From positions 1-64,000 of the forward strand of contig CAVXJS010000019.1 in NCBI GenBank assembly GCA_963762145.1: a stretch of DNA of 64,000 bases. Reading direction: 5' to 3'. The notes beneath the pieces are model-generated. The model saw only the letters and a program-made list of their open reading frames with translations, searched no databases and was not told where the DNA came from. The position numbers and the translations under genes were made by a program. Below are positions 1-10,129 of this stretch, piece after piece (the stretch's first letter is position 1; every line of letters starts with the position of its first letter). The stretch comes from an uncultured Candidatus Rokubacteria bacterium. GTDB taxonomy: Bacteria > Methylomirabilota > Methylomirabilia > Rokubacteriales > CSP1-6.

Positions 1-21
1 GGCCACCAACTTCTGAATCAA

Positions 22-78
22 GGTTTTCCGGGGTTTCTCGCGCAATTCCACGACGGCGCGAGAGAGCCCCGGAAAACC
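22..78. repeat. Long inverted repeat / hairpin
   Basis: GGTTTTCCGGGG (22-33) pairs with CCCCGGAAAACC (67-78); TCTCGCGC (36-43) pairs with GCGCGAGA (56-63). Confidence 0.85.
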
Positions 79-273
79 ACATAATGCCCCGCAATGACCC
101 CACCGAATGGAAATGAAATCGGAAATGGACTAGGCGGTGAATGAGATAGACCAGTGGGGTGAGCAGAACTGGGATTGGATTCTGCCCGCGAGTCTAGTCC
201 ACGCAGGCGGGCCGGGCCCGGGAGATCCGGGACCTGCTCGAGGCCGCGCTGAAAAAGCTAGGGGGAGAGCAGC

Positions 274-1298
274 ATGAATCGTCGCGCGTTCCTTAGCGCC
301 CTGAGCGGCAGCCTCCTCGCCGCGCCGCTCGCCGCCGAGGCGCAGCCGGCAGGGAGGCCAGCTCGCGTCGGTTTCCTCACCCCGAGTTCGAGATCAACCT
401 TAGAGTCGGGCGAGCGTCGCGTCAACCGCGAGGCTTTCACACGGGCGGTTGCGTGGGCTTGGCTGGACGGGGAAGGAAAGAACCTCGTCGTCGAAAGCCG
501 ATATGCCGAGTGGAGCCTATGATCGTCTTCAGGCCCTCGCTCTCGAACTGGTCAGTCTCCCCGGTCGACGTGCTCTTTGCCAACTCCGCTCCGCCGCGCT
601 GGGCTGCGAAGCGCGTGACGACGTCGAGTCCCAGTCGTGGTCGAGGACGCTCGGCGAGCCGATCAGCGCGGGCCTCGTCTTCGAGTCTCGCCCGACCCGA
701 GCGGAATCTCACGGGAATCTCAGGGCTCGGTGCCGAGCTAAGCGGGCAAGCGACTCGAGCTGCTCAAGGAACTTCTCCCGGGGCTGCGACGTGTGAGGGC
801 TCCTGGTGAACCCGGGGGAACGTGATGACTGCGCCCACGGGTGCGCGAGACGGAGAAGAGGCGGCCGCCATCTATCGGGCTCCGAATCGACGTCGTAGAG
901 GTCCGTAGTCCCGAGCAGCTTAGAGGAGCGCAATCGGCGGGGGTCGGTGGGCGACGGCGCCACGGGCAATGATTATCGTCCCGGACCCGATGTTGGCTCA
1001 GCCACGGCCGTCGCATCCAGTGCTCTTCTCCTTAAGCACCGGCTCCCGGCCGTGCACGTTCGAGACGGTGTGGCTTCCAAGCGGGCACCCTGATGCTTTT
1101 TGGCTCGAACACGCTGGACCACTACCGTCAGGCGGTGACGCTCGTCGACAAGATCCTCCGCAACGCTCGGGGTCAGCAGATCTCCCGGTCGAGCAGTCCA
1201 CCAAGTTCGAGTTGGCCATCAACCTCAAGACCGCGAAAGCCCTCGGCCTGACGATCCCGCCGTCGCTCCTTCATCGGGCGGATCAGGTGATCGAGTGA
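274..1298 (+). pseudogene. ABC_sub_bind-type substrate-binding protein, heavily frameshifted
   Basis: N-term [18 protein letters not shown] and C-term [39 protein letters not shown] lie in different frames. Confidence 0.85.
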
Positions 1299-2284
1299 TG
1301 GACCGGCGGGCGTTCATCGGCAGCTTGGCGGGTGGCCTCCTCGCCGCGCCGCTCGCCGCCGAGGCGCAGCCGGCGGGAAAGGTGCCTCGGATAGGTTTTC
1401 TCAGCGCGACGTCCCCTGCCGATAGACCGCACCTGCTCGACGCGTTCCGGCATAGGCTGCGGGAGCTCGGGTGGGTTGAGGGCCAGAATATTGTCATCGA
1501 CTATCGATATGCGGAGGATCGGGTCGACCGGCTGCCCGACTCGCGGCCGAGCTGGTCCGGCTCAAGGTGGACCTCATCATGTCTTTGGGGACCCAAGGAG
1601 TGACGGCAGCCAGGAACGCTACCAAGACGATCCCCATCGTCATGATTGCCGTTCGCGATCCTGTTGGCACCGGGCTCATGGCGAGTCTCGCGCGCCCGGG
1701 CGGGAACGTCACAGGGGTGTCCGGCTATGCCGGCCTGGAAATCGTCACCAGACAACTGGAGCTGCTCAAGGAGATCGTCCCCAAGATCCGCCGTGTGGCC
1801 ATCCTCTCGAACCCGACCAATGCGTACCACCAGCTCGCGATAAGAGAAGCGAACGTCGCGGCCCGGTCGTTGGGAGTGCAGCTTCAACTCCTGGAGGCTC
1901 GAGGTCCCGAACGAGTTCGACGGCGCATTCGCGGCGATGGCCAAAGAGCGCGTGGGAGCCCTCCTCGTAGTGTCAGATTCGATGTTCAACTCCCACCGAA
2001 CACGGCTCGCAGACCTCGCAGCCAGGAGCCGCCTGCCGGCAGCATACGGCATCAGGGAGAGTGTGGAGGCCGGGGGTCTCATGTCTTACGGGTCCAGCTT
2101 TCTCGAACTCTACCGGCGCAGCGCCGCGTACGTGGACAAGATCCTGAAGGGCGCAAAGCCCGCCGACCTGCCCGTGGAGCAGCCGACCGAATTCGAGCTG
2201 GTCATCAACCTCAAGACCGCCAAGGCGCTCGGCCTGACGATCCCGCCGTCGCTCCTGCAGCGGGCGGATCAGGTGATCGAGTGA
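1298..2284 (+). CDS. ABC_sub_bind-type substrate-binding protein (frameshifted; pieces 1295-1603, 1567-, 1937-2284)
   Basis: MDRRAFIG signal, [46 protein letters not shown]. Confidence 0.9.
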
Positions 2285-2339
2285 GCCGGCCGCGGAAGCC
2301 CGGACCAGCCATCCGCAAGGAGAAGAACCTCGTGATGCA

Positions 2340-2828
2340 GTGTCCCTTCCATTCGGCGCCGGGTTCGTAGTGTCTGTCTTCGGGCATCGGCGCGGGCGGA
2401 AGTGGACGAAGCTACTCGTGGCGTTCGTCGCGGGTTTGGTATGCGGAGCGCTCTGGATGCTCCTGGTCGACACCGCGGCCAACACGATACATCCTGACAC
2501 GATAAAGTGGTGGGCAGTGCTCCTGGTCGGGATGGTGACGGCGCTGATGGTGGCCGTTCTCCTGTCGGTGTCCGCGACCCCAACTGACGTGGCCGGGCTC
2601 TCGATGATCGTGGTTGGCTTTCACAGTCTGGCGTTGCCGCTGGCGGCTCTCACCTCGTTTCTGCTAGCGGGCGCAGCATGGTTGCCCGGTGCGAGTGCGG
2701 AGCGTCGCGCGGTAGGTCTCGGTATCGCCGGATTGCTCGTGGGGACCCTCTTGGTTCTTCTCGGGGACCGGCTCCTGAGAGTTCGCAGAATCAGACCTCG
2801 CAGAATGAGAGTTCACAGGCCCCATTGA
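2340..2828 (+). CDS. Hypothetical multi-pass membrane protein
   Basis: About 4 hydrophobic segments and a basic C-tail; start uncertain. Confidence 0.55.
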   Translation: MSLPFGAGFVVSVFGHRRGRKWTKLLVAFVAGLVCGALWMLLVDTAANTIHPDTIKWWAVLLVGMVTALMVAVLLSVSATPTDVAGLSMIVVGFHSLALPLAALTSFLLAGAAWLPGASAERRAVGLGIAGLLVGTLLVLLGDRLLRVRRIRPRRMRVHRPH

Positions 2829-2968
2829 GTTCAGAGCATGCCGACCCGCCCCGGCCTAGTGATCCGAGAATCGGTGCTCCTGCCGACGATCAGGCTGGAG
2901 AAGGAGACGTGACGCAGGAGTAAGACGTTCCGGGCCTAAACCCGTCGCATAAGGTATTGGAGTACGGA

Positions 2969-3190
2969 ATGAAAAAGAGCAAGAAAGCATCGGCCCGGGT
3001 CACCGCGCCGAATCAGGAAGCCGCCGCCGCCGCCGCAGCCTCCAAGATGGCCAGTCGCCGTAAAGCGGCCCGGTCGAGTGCCGTGGAGAACGTCGCCAAG
3101 CGGCAGTTCCAGAAGAGCCGAGCGACCGCGATCCAAGCCCATTCCCAGGCGCGCGGGCAACGACGCCAGGCGAAGCGGGACGCTCGGTAA
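2969..3190 (+). CDS. Small Lys/Arg/Ala-rich protein (73 aa)
   Basis: GGAG before ATG; MKKSKKASAR...RRQAKRDAR. Confidence 0.6.
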   Translation: MKKSKKASARVTAPNQEAAAAAAASKMASRRKAARSSAVENVAKRQFQKSRATAIQAHSQARGQRRQAKRDAR

Positions 3191-3247
3191 CGGAAAGACG
3201 CCCTCGGGGTGCGCTAACACTCACGGCGCGCAAGGAGAACCAGGACC

Positions 3248-3418
3248 ATGAGCAACGAACAGTTCATCCAGATCAGTGTCGCAACGATGCCGAGCCAGCC
3301 ACCGTATGCGCTGGTCTACGCCCTCGATGAGCAAGGGAATGTCTGGAAGCTGGTAGATGGCGGTGTCGGCGGCGCCGCCCAGAAATGGACCATGCTGCGT
3401 AACGAGCGCCAGAGCTAA
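3248..3418 (+). CDS. Small hypothetical protein (56 aa, not in ORF track)
   Basis: AAGGAG/AGGA upstream; MSNEQFIQISVATMPSQPPYALVYALDEQGNVWKLVDGG...RQS*. Confidence 0.6.
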   Translation: MSNEQFIQISVATMPSQPPYALVYALDEQGNVWKLVDGGVGGAAQKWTMLRNERQS

Positions 3419-3492
3419 AGCAAGACGCCCATCGGGACAGCATTCACCGTGCGCCGGCAGCGGGAGACGCGGGAGGAGTACTTGAAGTAATG

Positions 3493-3723
3493 TCAGCCGT
3501 CGTGGTCGTCCGGATTCCGCTCGATGCTCTCCGCGATCAGGCGCTCGTCGGACTCCTCGTGGACGACGACGGTGAGGCGCGAGCCGATCGGGAACTCGGC
3601 GACGGAGATGGTCGGCGGAATGATGATGCGGCAGTGCTCACCGAGGATGATCGCGCCCGCCTCGATGGCGTGCAACCGGCCGATGATCACCGAGTTCGGC
3701 ATGAGGCGGGCAGGATAACGCAT
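3493..3723 (-). CDS. Small beta-rich (possibly OB-fold) protein
   Basis: Alternating hydrophobic strands: VIIGRLHAIE..IGSRLTVVVHEE..LIAESIE. Confidence 0.5.
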   Translation of the reverse strand: MRYPARLMPNSVIIGRLHAIEAGAIILGEHCRIIIPPTISVAEFPIGSRLTVVVHEESDERLIAESIERNPDDHDG

Positions 3724-3805
3724 CGGGGAATCCAGCGGGACACCATCCGAGAGATCGGCCAGGCCTATAGGGGCAAGAGGCCAACGAGAAGAAAGGGGGC
3801 AAGTG

Positions 3806-3943
3806 ATGGCAACCTACATGGTGAACCTCACCGTGGAAACGCCCGAAGACGATATTGACGAGCCGGCCGTCGAGCAGGCCATTCGAGACATGGCAGGTGA
3901 GCAGAACTGGCAAGTGCTCAGCCTGTTGGTGGTGAACGCATGA
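3806..3943 (+). CDS. Small acidic protein (45 aa, not in ORF track)
   Basis: AAGGGGG upstream; MATYMVNLTVETPEDDIDEPAVEQAIRDMAGEQNWQVLSLLVVNA*. Confidence 0.5.
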   Translation: MATYMVNLTVETPEDDIDEPAVEQAIRDMAGEQNWQVLSLLVVNA

Positions 3944-4043
3944 CGCACGCCCGCAAGAGCACCGGCGGGATGAGAAGCGCGTCAAGGAGATCGAGTTGAG
4001 GTTGACCCAGGGCTTGTAGCCGCCTTTCCATCGCGCAACGAGG

Positions 4044-4331
4044 ATGGTAGACTCGCGCACCTTGTGCCCGCCAGCCGACGAGTTCCTCGACGTTCGGCAA
4101 GTGGTCCGTGAGGCTTTTGCAGCGGGCACGCTCTGGCGCTTGGACAACCCTATGGTGATTGCCGGTTACGGGAGCGGCTTGCCTTGTCGGTTGTGCGGTA
4201 ATCCGATTGTCAAGAGCGACGTGCAGTACGACCTAACCGGGCCGAAGGGCGGAGAAGTCCGTACGCACCTGCCGTGCTTCAATGCGTGGAACGACGAGAG
4301 TAAGGTGGGAGGAGCCGGCCTCAACCTTTGA
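4044..4331 (+). CDS. Small putative Zn-binding protein
   Basis: GSGLPCRLCG (CxxC) ... HLPCF (HxxC). Confidence 0.65.
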   Translation: MVDSRTLCPPADEFLDVRQVVREAFAAGTLWRLDNPMVIAGYGSGLPCRLCGNPIVKSDVQYDLTGPKGGEVRTHLPCFNAWNDESKVGGAGLNL

Positions 4332-4375
4332 GCGGTATTGACCGTTAGCAGCACTCTCAGTGGCGTCGTTCAGGA

Positions 4376-4675
4376 GTGCGGGAGAGAATGACGATGGCGA
4401 AGGCCGGTGGGATCGTGACGCTGACACTCACGCCCGATCAGTCCAGGCAGTTCGCGGCCATCCTCGGTGCGTCTGACACGAGGCTGCTCACGATGCCGGC
4501 GAATCGGGTGGAAGTTGTGGAGTATCGCGGTGGTGAGAGTGACGGACTGATCACACTCCATCTTCGCGTAACACGTCTCTCGGCGGCCAATCGCAAGCCG
4601 CCGACTTACCCGGCTACAGATTCCAAACGGAAGCCAACGAGGCGTAAGCGGACACGCCGAGCATCGCGACTGTAG
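4376..4675 (+). CDS. Hypothetical protein with basic C-tail
   Basis: ORF only; start uncertain. Confidence 0.45.
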   Translation: MRERMTMAKAGGIVTLTLTPDQSRQFAAILGASDTRLLTMPANRVEVVEYRGGESDGLITLHLRVTRLSAANRKPPTYPATDSKRKPTRRKRTRRASRL

Positions 4676-4748
4676 AATCCTCGTTCGACTGTTCTGGACG
4701 GACGGTGGCGGTTGATTCCGATCCTTGGGAAGGCGAGATAAGGAGAGG

Positions 4749-4934
4749 CTACGTCAACGGAAGCTGCTGGTGGTCTCCGAATCCCTCGGGTGCGTCAACG
4801 CGGACGTCGTGCTTCACGTCCAAGCGGGTTAGCTGGGGATGGAGGCTGGCGGCTGATTTCGCCGCCCAGTCGGACGAGCAGTCCCGCTCCCAACCGCAGG
4901 AACACGGCACACGCCAGGAAGGTTTGGGCGGCAT
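4749..4934 (-). CDS. Small CSCGW-motif protein (61 aa)
   Basis: GGGAG RBS; CxC...H...H possible metal ligands. Confidence 0.55.
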   Translation of the reverse strand: MPPKPSWRVPCSCGWERDCSSDWAAKSAASLHPQLTRLDVKHDVRVDAPEGFGDHQQLPLT

Positions 4935-5049
4935 AGGTCTCTCCCTCGGCCAGATCGTCTAGGCGGGACACGTTCGGCGCGGCGAGGCGGTTCAACGTAC
5001 GCCCACCCGTGGTCCGGTCAAGGACTTGCTGCCGAGGCGCGTGAGTTGT

Positions 5050-5123
5050 AACCCGAAGGGGCAGCCTCAAGAGGGCGGCTCAGCCCCTTCGGGCGTGGTG
5101 CCGGGCGCGGCCGTAGCACCCGG
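5050..5123. repeat. 74-bp structured intergenic repeat, copy 1
   Basis: 69/74 identical to 12067-12140; CCCGAAGGGG/CCCCTTCGGG 10-bp stem. Confidence 0.9.
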
Positions 5124-5239
5124 TAGAGGCAGCTTACTGCCGCTCGCGCGCTCGGGCTACGGCTTGCTACCCGCGCTCAGTGCCGTGTGTAGATGGTGGT
5201 CGTCTGGATGTCGGCATGCCGGAGATGTTCCGTACCGCG

Positions 5240-5986
5240 CTATTTCCTTCCTTCTTTTGGCAATTGAGCGCGTTGAAGCTCCTCGGCCAGGATGGGGATA
5301 CCGACATTGCTCGCCTGGAAACCCTGGGCGACGCAGATTTTGAAGACTTCCATGATCTCCTCTACCGTCGCGCCGAGCTTCAGGGCCGTCTGGATGTGCC
5401 GGCGTGTGCCGGGCGCGTACATATGAGTAATCGACGCATCCACGGCGATGCTCAGGAGTTCCGCCAGCTTTGGCGAAAATACGCCGCTGGAATAAACCGG
5501 GAGGCTCGCGGCAATGATTGCTTCCGTCCACGCCGGGGCAATCTCAAAGAACGCATCCCAGGCCGAATTCCATTGGCCCGCGGCTTTCATCTTGTCGCAG
5601 ACCGGCGTCGACGCCTCTTTTGGCGTCGGCTTCACACCGACCGCCTTCGCTTCTTCCAGCAGAATGGGTGCGCCCAGACTGCACGTATGGATCGACAGAA
5701 GAGACCCGATCTTCAGGATCATGAGAAGCTCTTCGCGGGTCGCGCCGGCGGCGAGTGCGCCGCGAATATGACGGCGGGTTCCCTCGGCGCTCAGATTCGT
5801 ACAAGCCGCATTCACCGCCACGCTGATCAGCTCGACGTCTTTGCGCGGCAGGACGCCGCTGGTCCACGGGTCGTTGGAGACCTTGAGGCAATCATCGATC
5901 CAGGACGGTTCCCATTCGCGAAACTTGGCGAGGGCAGGGTTGTCCCAGGGGCCGGTTGCCGTATCTGCGTTGTCTGGTGCTGGCAT
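5240..5986 (-). CDS. Carboxymuconolactone decarboxylase/AhpD-like protein, two CMD domains
   Basis: Duplicated ELxSxAVxA..T.L/M...GTRRHI..AL..GAT.EE motif; AGGAG RBS. Confidence 0.85.
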   Translation of the reverse strand: MPAPDNADTATGPWDNPALAKFREWEPSWIDDCLKVSNDPWTSGVLPRKDVELISVAVNAACTNLSAEGTRRHIRGALAAGATREELLMILKIGSLLSIHTCSLGAPILLEEAKAVGVKPTPKEASTPVCDKMKAAGQWNSAWDAFFEIAPAWTEAIIAASLPVYSSGVFSPKLAELLSIAVDASITHMYAPGTRRHIQTALKLGATVEEIMEVFKICVAQGFQASNVGIPILAEELQRAQLPKEGRK

Positions 5987-6232
5987 TCTTGTGTCTCCTG
6001 CAAGCCACCGCAACCAGGCTTCATTGCTGGCGGAGAATTGAGGGTCCCGTCCTCGACTCAGAGTGTAGGAAACATTAGCACCATCCGGTGGTGGTCGCTC
6101 GGCCCGACGCGCTCGAGGCTGCGTGTTGGGCAAAACGGAATGCTTCCGCGTGTTGAGATCGACTTGTCCTGAGGGCACCCCGGCCTCGGTCGGGTTTTGC
6201 ATCGGGAGGCCCGCCGGGCTAGAGTGCCCTCC

Positions 6233-7954
6233 ATGCGAACCGCGAGCGCCGCCGGTCCCGACCGGCCCCGGCAGGTGCTCCTGCTCTACGCCGAGTCACG
6301 GCTCGCGCCCGCGATCGTTGAAGCCGACGCGGCCTTCCGCTCCACGGTCTCGTTGGGCCTGGGCGCGCCGGTAGTCTTCTATACCGAGTTCCTCGATCTG
6401 CCGCCCACGCCAAGCGTGGTATTCGAGCACCGCCTGCGGGATCTGCTTCGGGACAAATACCAGGAGGTTCATCTCGACCTGATCGTGGCGATGGCGCCCA
6501 CGGCGCTTCGCTTCGCGCTCGACTACCGAGCCGAGCTGGCTCCCGGCACGCCGATCGTCTTCATGGCGGTGGTCGCACCCGGCGACCTCGAGTTGCCGAG
6601 GGACGTCACCGGCGTTCAGATGACCATCGACGCGATGGACACCCTCGGAGCCGCGTTGCGGCTGCAGCCCGCGACCCGACGCGTGGTCGTGGTCGGGGGC
6701 ACCTCCACGCTCGACAAGCGCCGGGTGGCTACGATCCGGGCGGCGTTTGCCGCCGCGCCGGCTCATCTCGAGTTCACGTATGTGACGGACCTGCCGCTGG
6801 ACGCCGTGGCCACGAACCTGGCCGCCCTGCCCGACGGGACCATCGTGTTGCTGAGCGCATTCACCCGCGACGGGGCCGGTCGACACCTCACGACGCCAGA
6901 GGCCCTGGAGCGATTGGTCGAGCGGTCGCGGGTGCCCATCTATGGGATGGGCGACACCCTCATGGGGCATGGGATCGTCGGCGGTCGTCTCATCGACTTC
7001 GAAATGCAGGGCGTGAGGGCCGGAGAGCTCGGGCTGCGGCTGCTCCGGGGCGAGAAGCTCGGACCCGCCGACATCGTGACCCGGAACACGAACACCTACG
7101 CGTTCGACTGGCGGCAACTCCAGCGCTGGGGGCTCAAGGAAGATCGGCTACCTCCGGGCAGCGTGATCCGCTTCCGGGAGCTGTCGGCGTGGGAGCGGTA
7201 CCGGTGGCCGAGCATCGCGGAGGCCGAGGCGAGCGCGCAGCGGGCCCAGCTCGCACACGTCCAGCGGGTGACGGCCGTGAGCGGGCTGGCGGCGACGCTG
7301 GCGCACGAGATCAACCAGCCGCTCGGCGCGATCATGAGCAACGCCGAGGCGGCGTGCCGACTCGTGGACCCGGCGGATCCGAAGCATGCTGAGCTGCTGG
7401 AGACGCTGGGCGATATCATCGATGACGCGCAGCGCGCGTCGGAGGTGATCCGGCGGCTGCGTGCGATGCTCCGGACGGGGGCGACCGAGCAGAAGCCGTG
7501 CGATGTCAACGGGCTCATCGGCGAGGTGCTCCGTTTGGTGGACGCGGACCTGGCGCGCTCCGGGATCTCGACGGAGCTGCGGCTGCGCGCGGGGCTGCCG
7601 CCGGTGCGCGGGGATGCCATCCAGCTCCAGCAGGTGATCCTGAATCTGGCGCTGAACGCGGAAGCCGCGATGGCCGACGGCGCGAGCGAGCGGCGGCGGC
7701 TGACCGTCGAGACGGCGGAGGGGTCGGCGGACACCGTGCAGGTGTGCATACGGGACACCGGTGTCGGCGTCGAGGAGGGCGATCTCGAGCGCATCTTCAC
7801 GCCCTTTGTCACCACCAAAGCGGAGGGTCTCGGCATGGGGCTGTCGATTTGCCGGTCGATCGTCGCGGCGCATGGCGGCACGATTCGAGCCGAGCGCAAT
7901 CCAGGCGGGGGCCTCTGTGTCTACGTCGTGCTTCCGAGCGGCCCCGGCCCATGA
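6233..7954 (+). CDS. Sensor histidine kinase (SBP-like sensor + HisKA + HATPase)
   Basis: LAHEINQPL H-box; QQVILNLALNA, DTGVG, F-box, GLGMGLSIC. Confidence 0.9.
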   Translation: MRTASAAGPDRPRQVLLLYAESRLAPAIVEADAAFRSTVSLGLGAPVVFYTEFLDLPPTPSVVFEHRLRDLLRDKYQEVHLDLIVAMAPTALRFALDYRAELAPGTPIVFMAVVAPGDLELPRDVTGVQMTIDAMDTLGAALRLQPATRRVVVVGGTSTLDKRRVATIRAAFAAAPAHLEFTYVTDLPLDAVATNLAALPDGTIVLLSAFTRDGAGRHLTTPEALERLVERSRVPIYGMGDTLMGHGIVGGRLIDFEMQGVRAGELGLRLLRGEKLGPADIVTRNTNTYAFDWRQLQRWGLKEDRLPPGSVIRFRELSAWERYRWPSIAEAEASAQRAQLAHVQRVTAVSGLAATLAHEINQPLGAIMSNAEAACRLVDPADPKHAELLETLGDIIDDAQRASEVIRRLRAMLRTGATEQKPCDVNGLIGEVLRLVDADLARSGISTELRLRAGLPPVRGDAIQLQQVILNLALNAEAAMADGASERRRLTVETAEGSADTVQVCIRDTGVGVEEGDLERIFTPFVTTKAEGLGMGLSICRSIVAAHGGTIRAERNPGGGLCVYVVLPSGPGP

Positions 7955-8113
7955 CCGAAAGCCGCGTGCCCCCCGCTGGGGGAGGGGAATATCGCGCGTC
8001 GTGCAGCCCTTGACGCGGACATTCCGCAGGCCCCACTCGGGGTTAGGGCTGGCGTTCCGCGTTCGACTCTCTCGACGTGGCCCAGTTCGCCTTCGACGAG
8101 ATTGAAGCCGCGC

Positions 8114-8997
8114 CTAATAATAGAGGATGGGCCCCGAAGGGAGGTAGAGCTCAGGTCGGCCGAACACCCGCGAGGCCATGAACAGCGTCGGGGCCCCGAT
8201 GTGGAAGCCGCAGCTGACCAGTGCCTCGAGCAGGGAAGCGACCCGGATCGTCACGCTCTCCCGGCCGCCCGCACCCGCCGCCGCGGTCGCTACCGCCCGG
8301 AGGAAGACGTCTCGTCGCGCCCTGCCGCTGGCCCGATCCGCTCCCCCGCCGGTAGGCGAAGGCGGCGACTTCGCCCGCGCGCTCGATCGCCACCGCTGCA
8401 CCGCCGTCGCCCCGCACGTGGGCCAGGTCGGCGGCGCGGTCATGGCCGAAGACCTCGGCGGTCAGCTTCTCTGCCGCGCCGGGATCACACGGCCGCTCCC
8501 GCTCCATCGGGTCGAGCCCGGCCCGCGCCTTGAGTCGCGTCACCGCAGCGGCATCCCCATCCAGGCGGTAGATGGGCCAGCGCGGGGCCATCCCGGCCAT
8601 CACGTAGCGGGCCTGGGCGCGCGGGTCGAGTGTCGCCAAGGTGCAGCGAATCTCGGTTCCGCGCGCCTCGCCGTAGGCCAGCGGCCCGCTCGAGCAGCGC
8701 CCGCCCTAGGCCCCGCCCTTGGTCGCCGGGAAGCACGAAGAACATGGACAGGTACCACACGCGGCCGCGGACCAGACCCGAGACCATGTCACGAATCTGC
8801 CCTTCCTGGACGGCGCAGAAGTAGCCGTCGGGGTCGCTGGCCAGCCCCGCTCGGGCATCGCTCGCCACTGGCCTGTCGGCCGGAGGTGTTGCCGGCCCAC
8901 CTCTGCGCACCATTCCGTCATGGCTCGAGGCGAGGTGCACCCGCCAGACTTCCTCGACCTCGTCCGGCTGGACCTTGCGGATGTGCGGCTCGCTCAT
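8114..8997 (-). CDS. GNAT-family acetyltransferase (frameshifted)
   Basis: FFVLPGDQGRGLGRALL acetyl-CoA motif; continues in 8151-8639 and 8114-8443 frames. Confidence 0.7.
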
Positions 8998-9035
8998 GGG
9001 CGCATCGTCACTTCAGGCTAGTGCGCGCCGGGCCG

Positions 9036-9566
9036 TCAGCGCCGTTCGGACTCTGGCTCCTCGCGCAGCCACTGGAGGAAGCGCCAGCGGTGGCCCTCGA
9101 GGTCGAGTGCCTCGTAGACGCGATAGTCCCGCAAGTGATCGTGCAACCGGCTCACGATCTCTGCACCCGAGGCGAGCGCGCGCTGGTGGTGCGCATCGAT
9201 GTCGTCGACGTGCACCGTGAGGTACTGGCTCGCGGTGCCAGCCCGCTTCGGACTGAACGCGCCATGGGCGCCTTGCGCGCCGAGCCCGATCATGCCGTCA
9301 CCGAACTCGACCATGGTGTAGTCGATCGCGCCGTCTGCGCGCACGCCCCGCGCGGCGGCAACCTCGCGGAACCCGAACGCACGCTCCAGGAACGAGAGCG
9401 CGGCCCCGACGTTCTCGTACGGAAGCCGTGGAACGATCGTTGGTCGTCGCATGGGCTGGACCTCCTGCCGGATTGCCGCCATGAGCGCAGCCTTTCCCCG
9501 GTCGAGCACCGCCGGCTCGAACGCGGCCTCGCGCCGCAGCTTCTTCGCCAGGTCGACCGGCTTCAT
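9036..9566 (-). CDS. VOC/glyoxalase-bleomycin resistance protein with N-terminal helical extension
   Basis: AALSFLERAFGF, VHVDDIDAHHQRA, DLEGHRW. Confidence 0.85.
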   Translation of the reverse strand: MKPVDLAKKLRREAAFEPAVLDRGKAALMAAIRQEVQPMRRPTIVPRLPYENVGAALSFLERAFGFREVAAARGVRADGAIDYTMVEFGDGMIGLGAQGAHGAFSPKRAGTASQYLTVHVDDIDAHHQRALASGAEIVSRLHDHLRDYRVYEALDLEGHRWRFLQWLREEPESERR

Positions 9567-10129
9567 CGTGATCTTTTCCTCCCTTTCCCGTTCGGCTCGA
9601 GCAGTTCGCGCAGACGCGCGCGGGCGCGGTTCAGCCGGGAGCGCACCGTGCCGATGGGCAGCTCGAGAGCCTCGGCCACGCTCTCGTACGGGAGCTCCTC
9701 CCAGACGAAAAGCAGGAGCGCCTCGCGCTCCGAGTCCGGCAGTGAGTCGATCGCGTTAGCCACGCGCGGGAACAGCACGCGCGCGTCGAAGGCCGCGGCG
9801 CTCGTGCGTCTGTCCGCGGGGTGGCCAGCCGCCGCCATCCGGGCGCTCGCGCGCAGCCGCCGGGCCTCGGCACGCCGGTGCTTCAGCAACAGGTTCGAGC
9901 CGATCCCGTACAGCCACGGGAGCGCGTTCGCGCGCGCCGCGTCAAACGTCTTGCGCCGCTCGAACGCGATCCGGAACAGCTCGCCGAGCAGTCCCTCCGC
10001 GGCTTCGGCGCCCACCCGGCGGCCAAGGAAGCGGAGCATTGTGGGGGCATGGCGATCGTAGACCAGACCAAAGGCCTCGGGCTCATCCAGTGAGCGGCGG
10101 ATCACTTCCGCGTCCGAGGGAAAGTCCAT
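9563..10129 (-). CDS. ECF sigma-70 factor
   Basis: Region 2 (AFGLVYDRH..WLYGIG) and region 4 (YESVAEALELPIGTVRSRLNRAR). Confidence 0.9.
   Translation of the reverse strand: MDFPSDAEVIRRSLDEPEAFGLVYDRHAPTMLRFLGRRVGAEAAEGLLGELFRIAFERRKTFDAARANALPWLYGIGSNLLLKHRRAEARRLRASARMAAAGHPADRRTSAAAFDARVLFPRVANAIDSLPDSEREALLLFVWEELPYESVAEALELPIGTVRSRLNRARARLRELLEPNGKGRKRSR

Noticed and set aside
2921-2960. c-di-GMP-I riboswitch-like GCCTAAACC
   Set aside because: The GGCAAA/GNRA P2 arm and P1 pairing are absent.
2828-5050. Integron cassette array (small ORFs with AAC...GTT boxes)
   Set aside because: No convincing attC palindromes with complementary R''/R' boxes, ORFs lie on both strands, and no intI is present.
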